A DNA stretch of 62,694 nucleotides, filler included, from a bacterium (GCA_024278215.1; 6 parts of 6 records of this genome joined end to end with filler, not necessarily neighbours in it); one strand, 5' to 3'. Positions 8,297 to 18,991 are shown, counted from the whole stretch's first letter. Notes: generated from the sequence alone by a model not told the origin. Program-made: numbers and translations.

Positions 8297-10654
8297 ATGA
8301 AGACAGGTGGCGATCCGTACAATATCATTGACGCAATGAGAAACAGGCACGGCAGCGAGCCGCCTGTAGTCTACAATGTCGGCATCGTAGGCGGCGGGCC
8401 GGGCTGCATCGCTATTCTCGAGATGGTACACAGCAATGTAATGAAACACTTCAGGATGAACGTCCGGGGCGTGTGCGACATAAACGCCGAAGCACCCGGC
8501 ATGATCGCCGCGAAAAAACTCGGTGTGAAAATTGTCACTACAGCTGTCGGCGACCTCTTCGAGATAGACGATCTCAACATGATTATCGAAGTCACCGGCA
8601 GGAACGATGTCCGTGACGAAGTGTTCAGGAACAAACCTGAAAATGTCGAACTCATAGACCACACAGCCGCCCGCCTGCTCTGGGACCTGTATGAAACTCA
8701 TCTCGAAAAGATCGAAGCGGATATCAAAGCGAAACGTACCATCAGGGAAGAACGCAACAGGGTCAAGCAGATATTCAACAACCTGCCCGACGCCATCCTT
8801 GTGATCGATCTCGACATGCGCATCAGGGACACGAACCAGACTTTCCTCGATATCAATAAACTCAAAGAAGAAGATGTTATCGGCAAGTTCTGCTACGAGG
8901 TCGAGAACCGCCTCCGGGGCGAATGCCAGATAACCGAAGAATACTGTCTTTTCAACGAAGTGGTAAGCATGAAAGCCGCCCGCAAAAGTATACAGCGCCA
9001 TGTGGACAAATCGCGCGGAGAGGAAATCTTCGCATCCACGTCCATGTCTCCCATGCTGGACGAAAAGGGAAACGTCGTGGGCATCATCGAGGCAAGCAGG
9101 GACATTTCATACAGAATAAAACTCGAGGAAGAACTCGTGCAGTCGAAAATACGGCTCGAAAAGTTCATGGAGTCCGCCCCGTTCTTCATCGCGCTCAAAA
9201 ACCTCGCAGGCCAGTACATTCAGATAAATCAGCGCGGCTGCAAAGACCTCGGACTCGACTTCAAAGATATTATCGCGCACACAGACCTCGAGATACTACC
9301 TCGCAACACGGCCGAAATGATCCGCAAAAACGACCACGAAGTCATAAAAAACAAAAAGGAACTCGTCTCACAGGAGATGATCGAACGCGACGGACAGCCC
9401 CGCTATTATCACACTATAAGATTCCCCATCCTCGACCAGAACCACGAACTCAGCGCCATCTGCATGATCGCTCAGGACATCACTGTGCTCAAAGAAACGC
9501 AGTTTAAGCTCAATAAGAAACAGCACGAACTCGAAGACACCAAAGAATATCTCCAGTCCATCCTGGAAAACTCGACAGATATTATCATTACTACCGACCT
9601 CAACGAAAACATCGTTTCCTTCAACAGGGGCGCAGAGAAGATGACCGGCTACAACAGGTACTCCGTCATGGGCAAACCCGCCTCGCTCCTTTATATCGAT
9701 CCCGCAGACCGCAGTAAGTTTATGAGCAAACTCGCGGATAAAAACAGCATAACCGGCCTGGAAGTCATGCTGAAAGACTTCAACGGCAACAAGATTTTTA
9801 CAGACGCTACCATCTCGAAGCTCTACGACAACACCGGCACAATCATCGGAACGGTCGAGATATTCCGCGACGTAACCACAAGAAAACAACTTCAGGAACA
9901 ACTCATAAGAACCGACCGCCTCGCAGCCATAGGCAAACTCGGCGCGGGTGTCGCCCATGAAATAAACAATCCGACCGCTGTCATCGGCGAAGCTGTCGGC
10001 TGGATATCCGAACTTGTCGCAAGCGACAAAATTATGCGGAAATCCGGCAATTACGACGAGTTCATGTCCACCATCGGCATCATCAAGAAACAGGCCGCGC
10101 GCATAACGGATATCACTCACAGGCTACTCGGGTTCGCCTCGCAAACCGAATCCACTCCGGAAAAAGTCGACATAAACCATGTCGTCGACGAAGTCATCAA
10201 GTTCACTTCGCGCATCAAGGGTACTTCCAACGTGAAACTCCACAAGCACTTCGCCGAAGACCTGCCCAGCCTCAATCTCAATGAGATCCAGCTCCAGCAG
10301 GTGTTCGTTAATATCGTTGACAACGCTGTGGATTCAATACGCGGAAATGGTAATATTACGATCACAACATCGCAGGAGGGCGATAATGTTCTGGTGACAA
10401 TCTCCGACGACGGGCCGGGCATAGACCCGCAGGTGCTCGACAGGATTTTCGATCCCTTCGTGTCCACAAAACCTGTCGGCAAAGGCACCGGCCTCGGCCT
10501 CTCTATATGCTACGGAATAATAAAACAGATGGGCGGCTCGATCCAGGGCGAGTCGATGCCGGGCGCAGGCGCAACTTTCACAATATCGCTCCCTGTCATA
10601 GAACACACCGACGACAGCGACGAAGCCGATGCTCCCGGTCTCGCGGATTTATAA
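8297..10654 (+). CDS. Multi-PAS sensor histidine kinase with N-terminal Rossmann-like domain
   Basis: VGIVGGGPG at the N-terminus, three PAS/PAC segments, H-box AHEINNP, N-box NAVD, G-boxes DDGPG and GTGLGL; no TM segment. Confidence 0.93.
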   Translation: MKTGGDPYNIIDAMRNRHGSEPPVVYNVGIVGGGPGCIAILEMVHSNVMKHFRMNVRGVCDINAEAPGMIAAKKLGVKIVTTAVGDLFEIDDLNMIIEVTGRNDVRDEVFRNKPENVELIDHTAARLLWDLYETHLEKIEADIKAKRTIREERNRVKQIFNNLPDAILVIDLDMRIRDTNQTFLDINKLKEEDVIGKFCYEVENRLRGECQITEEYCLFNEVVSMKAARKSIQRHVDKSRGEEIFASTSMSPMLDEKGNVVGIIEASRDISYRIKLEEELVQSKIRLEKFMESAPFFIALKNLAGQYIQINQRGCKDLGLDFKDIIAHTDLEILPRNTAEMIRKNDHEVIKNKKELVSQEMIERDGQPRYYHTIRFPILDQNHELSAICMIAQDITVLKETQFKLNKKQHELEDTKEYLQSILENSTDIIITTDLNENIVSFNRGAEKMTGYNRYSVMGKPASLLYIDPADRSKFMSKLADKNSITGLEVMLKDFNGNKIFTDATISKLYDNTGTIIGTVEIFRDVTTRKQLQEQLIRTDRLAAIGKLGAGVAHEINNPTAVIGEAVGWISELVASDKIMRKSGNYDEFMSTIGIIKKQAARITDITHRLLGFASQTESTPEKVDINHVVDEVIKFTSRIKGTSNVKLHKHFAEDLPSLNLNEIQLQQVFVNIVDNAVDSIRGNGNITITTSQEGDNVLVTISDDGPGIDPQVLDRIFDPFVSTKPVGKGTGLGLSICYGIIKQMGGSIQGESMPGAGATFTISLPVIEHTDDSDEADAPGLADL

Positions 10655-10682
10655 CAAAACAGCACCTTTTCTGTTCCTTCCG

Positions 10683-12083
10683 CTATATCATTTCCCGTTT
10701 TTTGGCACGCATTGGTGAAATATGCGGGCTGGATATTTTTCCGAACAGGTCGTATTCGCCCGCCCCGGTTATCTTGACATGAACGAATGTGCCCGGTTCG
10801 GCGGCACCCTCGATTTCGACACAACCGTCGATATCGGGTGCGTCACGATACGAGCGGCCATAACATATATTTCCTGATTCCTCATCCACTTCGTCCACGA
10901 GCACTTCGAGCGTGCTGCCGATAAGCGACTCATTCTTGCGCAATGAAATCTCCTGCTGGAGTTCCATCAGGCGATTGTAACGCGCGACCTTCACTTCGTC
11001 CGGAACCTGGTCCGGCATCCCGGCGGCGGGTGTTCCATCCTCGGGCGAGTAAGTGAACGCGCCGAGGCGGTCGAAGCGCGCTTCGCGCAGGAACTCGATC
11101 AGTTTTTCGTATTGCTCCTTCGTTTCGCCGGGATAGCCTACCATTACCGTCGTCCTTATACATATATCCGGCACATAAGACCGTAGCGTTTCAATCGCCC
11201 GCCTGACAGCGCTCGACCCGCCGCGCCGTTTCATCGAGTCGAGAATATCATCGTCTATGTGCTGGATCGGCATGTCAATATAATTACATACTTTAGACAG
11301 CTTCGCGACAGCTTCAGCAAGGGCGTCCGTAACAAGTTCCGGATACATATACATCACGCGGAGCCGGCGCAGATTGTCCATTCCATTTAATCGACCAAGC
11401 AGCTCCGGCAGAGAAGTTTTCGGCACGAGGTCGGTCCCGTATCGTGTTGTGTCCTGTGCGATCAGGATCAATTCGCGCGCGCCGATTCCGACAAGCGCGG
11501 CAGCCTCGACTTCGAGCGATTCGGGCGTCCGGCTTCGGTATGGGCCGCGCAGTGAAGGGATGCGGCAGTAGGCGCACTGGTTCGAGCAGCCCTCGGCAAT
11601 CTTGAGATACATGGACCAGGGCAGGGTGGCAGGGAAGCGCGGGTCTTCATGTGTATGTATAAATTTTTGCGGCGCAAAATCTTCCGTCGCACCGGATTCC
11701 AGCAGTTCTATTATTCGCGGATACGAAGATGTGCCGACTAATAAATCTATTTCGTCGAAACCTTCGACATCGTCTCTGAGGTCGGTCCTGAAGCGCTCGG
11801 CAAGGCATCCCATGACAACAAGCTTCGAACACTTTCCTTCTTTCTTTGCTTCTATCATATCGTCGATGACGCCGAGCGATTCTTCGACGGCGCTTTCGAT
11901 GAAACCGCATGTATTGACGATGATAATGTCGGCGTCGCAAGGCTCGGCACCGACGATATAACCGGCAGACGCGAGCGCCCCCAGCGCAACTTCCGTGTCT
12001 ACCAGGTTCTTGTTGCATCCGAGGCTCACCGCCGCTACTGTTTTATCATTCGCCCTTTGCCGTTTATGTTTTTTTGCACTCAT
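10683..12083 (-). CDS. rimO: Ribosomal protein S12 methylthiotransferase RimO
   Basis: SLGCNKNLVDTE, NTCGFI, CSNQCAYC radical SAM motif, DAPDIDG in the TRAM domain. Confidence 0.95.
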   Translation of the reverse strand: MSAKKHKRQRANDKTVAAVSLGCNKNLVDTEVALGALASAGYIVGAEPCDADIIIVNTCGFIESAVEESLGVIDDMIEAKKEGKCSKLVVMGCLAERFRTDLRDDVEGFDEIDLLVGTSSYPRIIELLESGATEDFAPQKFIHTHEDPRFPATLPWSMYLKIAEGCSNQCAYCRIPSLRGPYRSRTPESLEVEAAALVGIGARELILIAQDTTRYGTDLVPKTSLPELLGRLNGMDNLRRLRVMYMYPELVTDALAEAVAKLSKVCNYIDMPIQHIDDDILDSMKRRGGSSAVRRAIETLRSYVPDICIRTTVMVGYPGETKEQYEKLIEFLREARFDRLGAFTYSPEDGTPAAGMPDQVPDEVKVARYNRLMELQQEISLRKNESLIGSTLEVLVDEVDEESGNICYGRSYRDAPDIDGCVEIEGAAEPGTFVHVKITGAGEYDLFGKISSPHISPMRAKKREMI

Positions 12084-12100
12084 TCAAATGATTCCGTTCT

Positions 12101-12979
12101 TCAATGATGTGGTGGTTCGATGTGAATTGTTATGCTGGCGTTTCTGATTTTTTCTTTTATGTCCGACTCGATGTGGTCGCAGAATTTATGCGCCTCGCTG
12201 ACACTTTTTTCAGCCGGCACCACGAGATGCAAGTCGATATATCTATGCGCGCCCGCTTTTCTCGTGCGGAGCCGGTGGTAGCCGACAAACTCTGCGAGGT
12301 GCTCCTGATCTTCTATAATCTCCCTGATGATTCTCTCCTCCTCTTCCGGCAATTTCTGGTCGAGCAGATCGGTGAAGGAACTAATCAGCACTTTTATACC
12401 GACGAAGATAATCAGGCACGCCACACATAGCGCCACAACCGGGTCGAGCCATTGCAGGCCCGTCACCCTGACGACCAGCAGGCCGACAAAAACGCCCACC
12501 GATGTATACACATCTGTCGAAAGGTGATGCGCGTCCGCCTCGAGCGCCGGCGACTCGTGTTCTTTCGCAACAGCGAAAAGGTTTCTCGACACCAGCACAT
12601 TGCAGATAACGGAAACCGCCATTACAGCAAGTCCGAAATCAAGATTGAAAACTTCGCCGCCGTGCCGAAGTTCTTCCACGGATTCGTAGATGATATACAC
12701 TCCGGCCGCAACAATGAGAAATGCTTCGACCGAGCCGCTGACGTTTTCGACTTTGCCGTGGCCGTAAGGATGCGAGCCGTCGGCGGGCTTGCCGGAGATC
12801 GAAACACTTATAAAAGCTATGAGGGCGGCAAGGAGGTCCATGCCGCTGTGTATGCCTTCGGAGATTATCGCCACGCTGCCCGTGAAAATACCCACGCCGA
12901 TTTTCAGCGCCACAAGCACTGTGTTCGATATCACGGAGAGCAGCGCCGCGCCGCGTGTTGTCTTATGCCATCCGGCCAT
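12101..12979 (-). CDS. Cation diffusion facilitator (FieF-like) transporter
   Basis: HSGMD, HPYGHGKVEN, ADAHHLSTD, His-rich C-terminal dimerisation domain. Confidence 0.92.
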   Translation of the reverse strand: MAGWHKTTRGAALLSVISNTVLVALKIGVGIFTGSVAIISEGIHSGMDLLAALIAFISVSISGKPADGSHPYGHGKVENVSGSVEAFLIVAAGVYIIYESVEELRHGGEVFNLDFGLAVMAVSVICNVLVSRNLFAVAKEHESPALEADAHHLSTDVYTSVGVFVGLLVVRVTGLQWLDPVVALCVACLIIFVGIKVLISSFTDLLDQKLPEEEERIIREIIEDQEHLAEFVGYHRLRTRKAGAHRYIDLHLVVPAEKSVSEAHKFCDHIESDIKEKIRNASITIHIEPPHH

Positions 12980-13070
12980 TATTACCTTTTCAGTCCTGAT
13001 TTCGATTGCAGCGCCGCGCTCCACTTCTTACCCGCACCGGTGCGATACGCGGGGCAAGTCTGCAATCGGC

Positions 13071-13955
13071 TCATCTTTTCGGCCTGATTCTTTTTCCGTA
13101 ATATTTCCGGAACATGAGCGCGTTTTTCTCTTTGCTTTCGTCCGGGCTCTCGCATATCAGCAGACCCGCCGCGCCGAAGTCAGCCAGCGCTTTTAATACT
13201 TCCCGATACCTGATTTTCGACTCCGCGGCAGGCAGGTGCCGCCGCTCGCCCGCCGGGCCATACTCGATGCCGGACAGGTGAATGTGCATGTCTTCGAGCG
13301 CATCCTCACCGAGCGTGCCGCCTATCTGCTCGAGTACTCCGGCATAACATTTGTATGTGTTGCATCTGCCCAATGATCGTGTGAACAAATGTGAAAAGTC
13401 AATACACGGCAGCACTCCTTCAATGTCGGCGCTCAGACGTATAATCTCATCCAAACTGCCGAACACACTCGGCTTGCCCGTGACCTCCGGCCTCAATACA
13501 ACATCTTTGATACCATTTTCTCTCAGGCTTTCGAGAACCTTTTCAATATTGCGCCTGATCATCGCGTATACTTCGCCCGGCTCTCTCTTCATATAGAATC
13601 CGGCGTGAAAAACGATGTTTCGCGCCCCGCAGAGCGCCCCTGCGCGCGCGGCGTCAAGCAACCGCTTCATACTGTCTTCGCGCTTCTTCCTGTCTGGCGA
13701 CGCGAGATTTATGTAGTAAGGAGCGTGGCACGAAAGCTCGATCCCGCATTCCTCCGCCGTCTTTCGTACGACACAGGCGGTTTTATCTCCCATCTTCACA
13801 CCTTTCACAAACTCGACTTCCATGCACTCGAGGCCCAGCTCCTTCGCGCGCCGCACGCCCGACTCGGTCGATCGTTTTTGCGAACTCGACGGCGGCCCGG
13901 CTGTCCCGAACAATATTTGCCTGTGATAACTTTTTTTCAGGTTAACCATAAACAC
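13071..13955 (-). CDS. nfo: Endonuclease IV-like (Nfo) TIM-barrel AP endonuclease
   Basis: FGTAG, HAPYYINL, FHAGFY, EVTGK, DFSH, HIHLSGIEY, ICESP: the subgroup common in archaea and Clostridia. Confidence 0.8.
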   Translation of the reverse strand: MFMVNLKKSYHRQILFGTAGPPSSSQKRSTESGVRRAKELGLECMEVEFVKGVKMGDKTACVVRKTAEECGIELSCHAPYYINLASPDRKKREDSMKRLLDAARAGALCGARNIVFHAGFYMKREPGEVYAMIRRNIEKVLESLRENGIKDVVLRPEVTGKPSVFGSLDEIIRLSADIEGVLPCIDFSHLFTRSLGRCNTYKCYAGVLEQIGGTLGEDALEDMHIHLSGIEYGPAGERRHLPAAESKIRYREVLKALADFGAAGLLICESPDESKEKNALMFRKYYGKRIRPKR

Positions 13956-13999
13956 TCCGAATCGATTAACTAACTTGTGCGTTTTTCAATATATTGTGA

Positions 14000-14059
14000 G
14001 AATTCTGGGGACATAACTGAAATTTGACCTTTAGTTACGGATCGTGTCTCCATAAATTC
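14000..14059. repeat. Imperfect inverted repeat GAATTCTGGGGACA...TGTCTCCATAAATTC
   Basis: Complementary arms visible in intergenic DNA; single copy in the window. Confidence 0.55.
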
Positions 14060-14363
14060 GACTACTGTCACGTCAGGCATGTAATGTCGCGGGAAGGACG
14101 GTGACCCCGCCCTTTAATAGTTTTTACGCTACCCCATCTTATATCTTGTCTTTATTGACATGGCACTACCTTTCATAAAAACGCACAAGTACAGAACAAA
14201 TAACAATTCATTATAACCCAAAGTCGCTATTTTTCTTTGTAAATGATCTCAACAAGGTAAGATATTTTTATCAATATTTTTTCGTTGTAGGGTTATCATT
14301 ATATTTTTGTGATATTATTCTATAATTATTATTCAGAATTCAATATGATTTGCGGTGAGGGCA

Positions 14364-16556
14364 ATGAAAAAGATTAAAGTCTCCAGTGGAATATTCTGGG
14401 TTGAAGAACCAGAGACAGACCTGCGCGTCTTATGCGGATGCCCCGCGGACAGTGTCAAACACCTGATGCGTAAAGGGCTGATAATCGAGCAGGAGTTAAA
14501 CGGAATATCGTGCGAAACAGGTCCGAACGCGATACTGCTTTCAGACCTGCCGCTCCAGAAAGAGCACTTTGCAAATCTTGCGGAATTCCCTGTGCTTCAG
14601 ATGCTCTACAGGCAGGGTATGATGATTCCCGGCCATCCCGGCAATACAGGGGATAAGCCGTTGCTGATCGGCATCGAAGACCAGGTGCTCGCACAAGCGG
14701 AGTATATCTACCGGGGTAACTACGGACTGGATTCGAAGGAAAAAATGGTTGCCGCGGGAATAAGCGGCAAGCTCGCTGAAAACCTGATGCGGATGAAGAT
14801 GAAATTTTCTTTTGATGAAATAAAAAAGACCGATGAATTGCTTGATATAAGGGTAGTTGAAGATGAGCGTATCGAGATAAAAAACGGCGTTTTCATAAAA
14901 AGAACCGCTACAAATGTTTATGAATTCAGCTATAACGGCAGCCGGGTCGAGGTGGACCTGAACCTGCAATACAACGAAAGTTATGAAGCGCCTTACAGCC
15001 TGGGCCACCACAAGATAAAAAGACAATACTTCAGCGTGATTCACACAGGAGAAGGCAACGGCTGGGACATCAACAGACCGTGCATGAGCAGCATAATAAC
15101 ATACCAGGGAAAAATATACCTGATAGACGCGGGCCCGAACATCACACACGCTCTCACCTCTCTGGGTATCAGTGCAAACGAAATCGAAGGCATCTTCCAT
15201 ACACATGCCCACGACGATCATTTCAACGGCCTGACAGTGCTCCTGCGCTCGGACCACCGCGTGAAGTACTTCTCGACACCACTCGTGAGGGCTTCAGTGG
15301 AAAGAAAACTGGGCGCGCTGCTGTCTCTCGACCGCGACGATTTCTCGAAAAATTTCGAAGTGCACGACCTCGAACTGGACAAATGGAACAACATCGAGGG
15401 GCTCGAAGTCAGACCGGTGCTGTCGCCCCATCCGGTCGAAACAAATATCTTGTTCTTCCGCGTTTTATGGGAAAACGGATACAAGACCTACGCGCATTTT
15501 GCCGACATCGCCGCGTTCGACGTTCTCAACAGCATGGTAACCGACGACCCCAAAGGCCATGGAATATCGAAAGAATATTGTGAAGAAGTCAAGAAAATGT
15601 ACATGACGCCGGTCAACCTCAAAAAGCTGGACATCGGCGGCGGCATGATTCACGGCAAAGCAAAAGATTTTACAGAAGACCAATCGGATAAAATCCTGCT
15701 GAGCCATACTGAAGAAGCGCTCACGGACAAACAGAAAGAAATAGGCGCAAGCACATCTTTCGGCATGGCGGATGTGCTGATAACGGCGCAGCAGGATTTT
15801 ATAAAAAGCAATGCGTTCAAACACCTCAAAATGTATTTTCCCGAAGCGCCGCAATACGAACTCAGCCTGCTGCTCAACTGCCCGGTCGCTTCATATAATC
15901 CCGGGTCCTTCATCCTGAGAAAAGGCGAAATGCCCGACAAACTTTATTTCCTGCTTTCCGGCATAGTCGAGTACATCGCAACAGACCACGGCTCTCACAA
16001 TTATCTTTCGTCAGGCACGATAATGGGGGAGATCGCCGCACTGTCATATTCCGAAATAAGAGGAACCTACAGGGCCGCAAGCATTGCCTACGCACTCGAG
16101 ATACCATGCAGCCTTTACCTTGAATTCGCAAAACGCAATAATCTCCTCGGTAAAATAAAACAGAATCTCGGATTAAGGCGTTTCATTCAGGGCACATGGC
16201 TGATCGGAGACATGATCTCGTGCCCCGTCAAAAGTCGTCTTGTCCGGAGCGCTACAGAAGTCGAATTCGAAACAAACCAGGAATTGATTCCCGATGAAAA
16301 GGGAGACCTGTTCATTATACACGAAGGAGCAATGGACATTTACTACAAAGATGAGAGAATAGACGTCCAGGGCTCCGGCGGCGTATTCGGCGAGGAAAAG
16401 ATTTTATTCGGCAAACACAGCACAGTGAGAGCAAAAACGATCACAGAATCCAAAATACTTCAAATACCGGCAGAGGCCTTGCAGGGAATACCCATCATAC
16501 AGTGGAAACTGCTCGAACTCTACGAAAAACGCACCAAACGCTGGAAGTATGAATAA
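14364..16556 (+). CDS. Metallo-beta-lactamase-fold hydrolase with two C-terminal cNMP-binding domains (putative cyclic-nucleotide phosphodiesterase)
   Basis: IDAGP, HTHAHDDH, SPHPVET, MIHG and LSH metal motifs. Two cNMP-like repeats: LYFLLSG...MGE and LFIIHEG...FGE. Confidence 0.85.
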   Translation: MKKIKVSSGIFWVEEPETDLRVLCGCPADSVKHLMRKGLIIEQELNGISCETGPNAILLSDLPLQKEHFANLAEFPVLQMLYRQGMMIPGHPGNTGDKPLLIGIEDQVLAQAEYIYRGNYGLDSKEKMVAAGISGKLAENLMRMKMKFSFDEIKKTDELLDIRVVEDERIEIKNGVFIKRTATNVYEFSYNGSRVEVDLNLQYNESYEAPYSLGHHKIKRQYFSVIHTGEGNGWDINRPCMSSIITYQGKIYLIDAGPNITHALTSLGISANEIEGIFHTHAHDDHFNGLTVLLRSDHRVKYFSTPLVRASVERKLGALLSLDRDDFSKNFEVHDLELDKWNNIEGLEVRPVLSPHPVETNILFFRVLWENGYKTYAHFADIAAFDVLNSMVTDDPKGHGISKEYCEEVKKMYMTPVNLKKLDIGGGMIHGKAKDFTEDQSDKILLSHTEEALTDKQKEIGASTSFGMADVLITAQQDFIKSNAFKHLKMYFPEAPQYELSLLLNCPVASYNPGSFILRKGEMPDKLYFLLSGIVEYIATDHGSHNYLSSGTIMGEIAALSYSEIRGTYRAASIAYALEIPCSLYLEFAKRNNLLGKIKQNLGLRRFIQGTWLIGDMISCPVKSRLVRSATEVEFETNQELIPDEKGDLFIIHEGAMDIYYKDERIDVQGSGGVFGEEKILFGKHSTVRAKTITESKILQIPAEALQGIPIIQWKLLELYEKRTKRWKYE

Positions 16557-16873
16557 AAGAAGGTGTAACATTTTGCCATCTGAAGTGAAGTCGCATCCGC
16601 GCTCCCAGGGTCCACCCCGGGAACGCCGAACATTGTTGATTCGTGTATAAAAAGGCACGGATGACATTTGTCAACAGACAATAAGCAACAATAGCGAACT
16701 CGCAAATAGCGTTTTTGTGCATTTTCGCTGACTTTAACAACAACGGCTGTATTGAAAATGGCTAATTACACACNNNNNNNNNNNNNNNNNNNNNNNNNNN
16801 NNNNNNNNNNNNNNNNNTTAATTAATTAANNNNNNNNNNNNNNNNNNNNNNNNNNNNNNNNNNNNNNNNNNNN

Positions 16874-17153
16874 TATCTTCAACAGCATCCAGCGCGCTGT
16901 CCACTCGATTATCGTCTTGCGCCGCTTCCAGCTTGTAGCCGCCCTCCGACGGTTCCGATTCCGTTCTTTGCGCCTCTCCGCCGTCCCAGGGATTCAACTC
17001 GACGAGCGGCAGCACAAGGTCGTTATTCCGGGTGCCGATGCTTTCAGTAGCTTCCGCGTTTATTCCCGAAGCGATTACCAGTAATATACAGAAGATCAAA
17101 ACCGCGATTTGCGGTCTGTGCAGTGTGGTTGTATTTAGAATTCGTCGCATCAT
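16874..17153 (-). CDS. Secreted hypothetical protein, 3'-truncated at contig end
   Basis: Basic-hydrophobic signal peptide ending in INAEA; the frame runs into the gap. Confidence 0.55.
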
Positions 17154-17368
17154 GATGTTAATCTCATAAAGAATAATGAACAACAATTATATATTCAGAC
17201 AGCAAATGCGGTCAAACAGTTCGAAATTAATGCAAAAGGAACTTCCTCTTTTGGTATCTTACGACTGAAATGCTGTGCAGGATGGTAGGAAATACTTAAC
17301 CCGCATTGGTGAAATATGCGAGCTAAGCATTTTTATGATGCGGATTGCAATCAGGCGGAATATACCAG

Positions 17369-17896
17369 TTATTTATCTTTTTCTCTTTCTGCCCTGGCCA
17401 GCGCTTCGAGTTTCTTTATATGGTTCGCATAAAGCTCAGCCTGATTGTTAACTAGTTCCTTGAAGATCGCCTTCTCGATGATGGGGCCGACGATGGGTAC
17501 TTTGAAATTCAACTGGCCTTTCATTTCCAGGACAACCTTATTCCGTTTCTCTGTGTATGTCCATTTGCCTTTGCAGAAAAATAACTTCTTCAGAAAAAAA
17601 GGTATTATTTCAAAGCTGTATACCATTGTGTTCGGGTCCCACTTGCTGACTTCTCGCCACGTGAGCATCTCAGGCTTGAGAACCTTCTGTGCAATCGGCG
17701 GTATCTGGCCGTGTGCGCAGTAGGTGAATTCAATGTCCTGACGACCGTCCGGGTATTCAGTAAAATGTGTCAACTTGACATCGGTGACATTCGGTAATTC
17801 AGTATAATTGCCGGTGTCTTTTATCAGGTCGTAGTGTGTGACTTTCAGAACCCATTCGAGCGGATGTTCGAATTTGTGTTTAATATGTATACGCAA
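17369..17896 (-). CDS. DUF2505 / START-like fold protein
   Basis: GGAGG RBS with TTG start. IPPIAQKVL...WREVSKWD...FKVPIVGPIIEK pattern. Confidence 0.7.
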   Translation of the reverse strand: MRIHIKHKFEHPLEWVLKVTHYDLIKDTGNYTELPNVTDVKLTHFTEYPDGRQDIEFTYCAHGQIPPIAQKVLKPEMLTWREVSKWDPNTMVYSFEIIPFFLKKLFFCKGKWTYTEKRNKVVLEMKGQLNFKVPIVGPIIEKAIFKELVNNQAELYANHIKKLEALARAEREKDK

Positions 17897-18025
17897 GTTG
17901 TACCTCCTGTGTTGCTGATTCGGTTTGTTTCAATATGCACAAAAATCGGAACCGTTTAACTGTATGGGAACACATGTTGTTTTTGATACTATCGCCGGCA
18001 ATGATTCGAAAACCGAAAGTATATT

Positions 18026-18184
18026 GAGCCAATTGCAGAATTCTGCTATTGTCCATAGCGGCGTTGACAGCGCGAAATTGTCCTCGACGTACTCTACAAG
18101 TACGCCTGTGAGGATTTTACACCTCCGCCTTGCTCTGAACATTTTCGCTCGACCTCGCTACGAACATAATTTTGTAATTGGCTC
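18026..18184. repeat. Repeat family A, both termini present, short internal deletion
   Basis: GAGCCAATTGCAGAATT...AATTTTGTAATTGGCTC followed by TA. Confidence 0.95.
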
Positions 18185-18446
18185 TATTAACGAAGCACGT
18201 TGATTATAAATAATGTTAATGTTTATTTCATAAAATTACCTGATTTTGCAAATTGGATTTTATGACATGTTGCCATTATTATCAAGATATTTGGCTCAAA
18301 CGGATTTGCGGCATCGTTTCCGGGGTGCCTGCTGGACACGATGATAAAGAGCCGAAAACAAAAACATTTCCGCTCGACTGGCCGTTGAATCGTAATTTAA
18401 CAATCGGCTCATGAGTGGAAATGTTTGGATGCACCCAGCCGGGCGC

Positions 18447-18480
18447 AAAAAACAATAATCCCCCGCTATTCGACGGGGGA
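18447..18480 (-). terminator. Rho-independent terminator of hsp20
   Basis: Minus strand reads TCCCCCG-8 nt-CGGGGGA then TTATTGTTTTTT, 11 nt after the stop. Confidence 0.75.
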
Positions 18481-18491
18481 GGACGTAATGA

Positions 18492-18932
18492 TTATTCTTC
18501 GGCGATGTCGACCTTCTTGACAGCACTTTCTTCTTTTACTTTCGGGATGCTCAGCTTCAGCACCCCGTTTTTGAATGATGCCTTGACGCTCTCTTCGTCG
18601 ATATTATCCGGCAGATAGAACGAGCGCTCGAAACTGCCGTAGTGGGTTTCCACCCTGTGATACTTGCGGCCTTCCTTCTTCTCTTCGGTTTTCTTCTCAC
18701 CTTTGATCGTGAGGGTCTTCTCCTTGATCTCCACCGTGATGTTGTCCTTGTCCATTCCAGGCACCTCGGCGCTGATCAGGTACTGGTCGTCATCCTCCGA
18801 AATATCGACAGCTGGAAACCACCTTTCGACTGCCGATCCGCGGAAGCCGTCAATATCCTTCACAATCCTTTCGAGAGTCTGATCGAAGAAACCCATATCC
18901 GGCCATCCACCTTTCCATTTTACGATTGCCAT
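18492..18932 (-). CDS. Hsp20 / alpha-crystallin small heat-shock protein
   Basis: PAVDISE, AEVPG, YGSFERSFYLP, ASFKNGVL, C-terminal VDI motif; GGAGGTG RBS. Confidence 0.96.
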   Translation of the reverse strand: MAIVKWKGGWPDMGFFDQTLERIVKDIDGFRGSAVERWFPAVDISEDDDQYLISAEVPGMDKDNITVEIKEKTLTIKGEKKTEEKKEGRKYHRVETHYGSFERSFYLPDNIDEESVKASFKNGVLKLSIPKVKEESAVKKVDIAEE

Positions 18933-18991
18933 AACAATCACCTCCGTAATGTTTGTAGTTTTTCAGGCCTTCGCCTTCCTCTTTCAATTCT

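Noticed and set aside
16598-16626. GC hairpin after the MBL/cNMP gene as an RNA gene or SECIS
   Set aside because: Single stem with no tRNA or SRP features and no in-frame TGA nearby; probably a terminator-like or REP-like hairpin.
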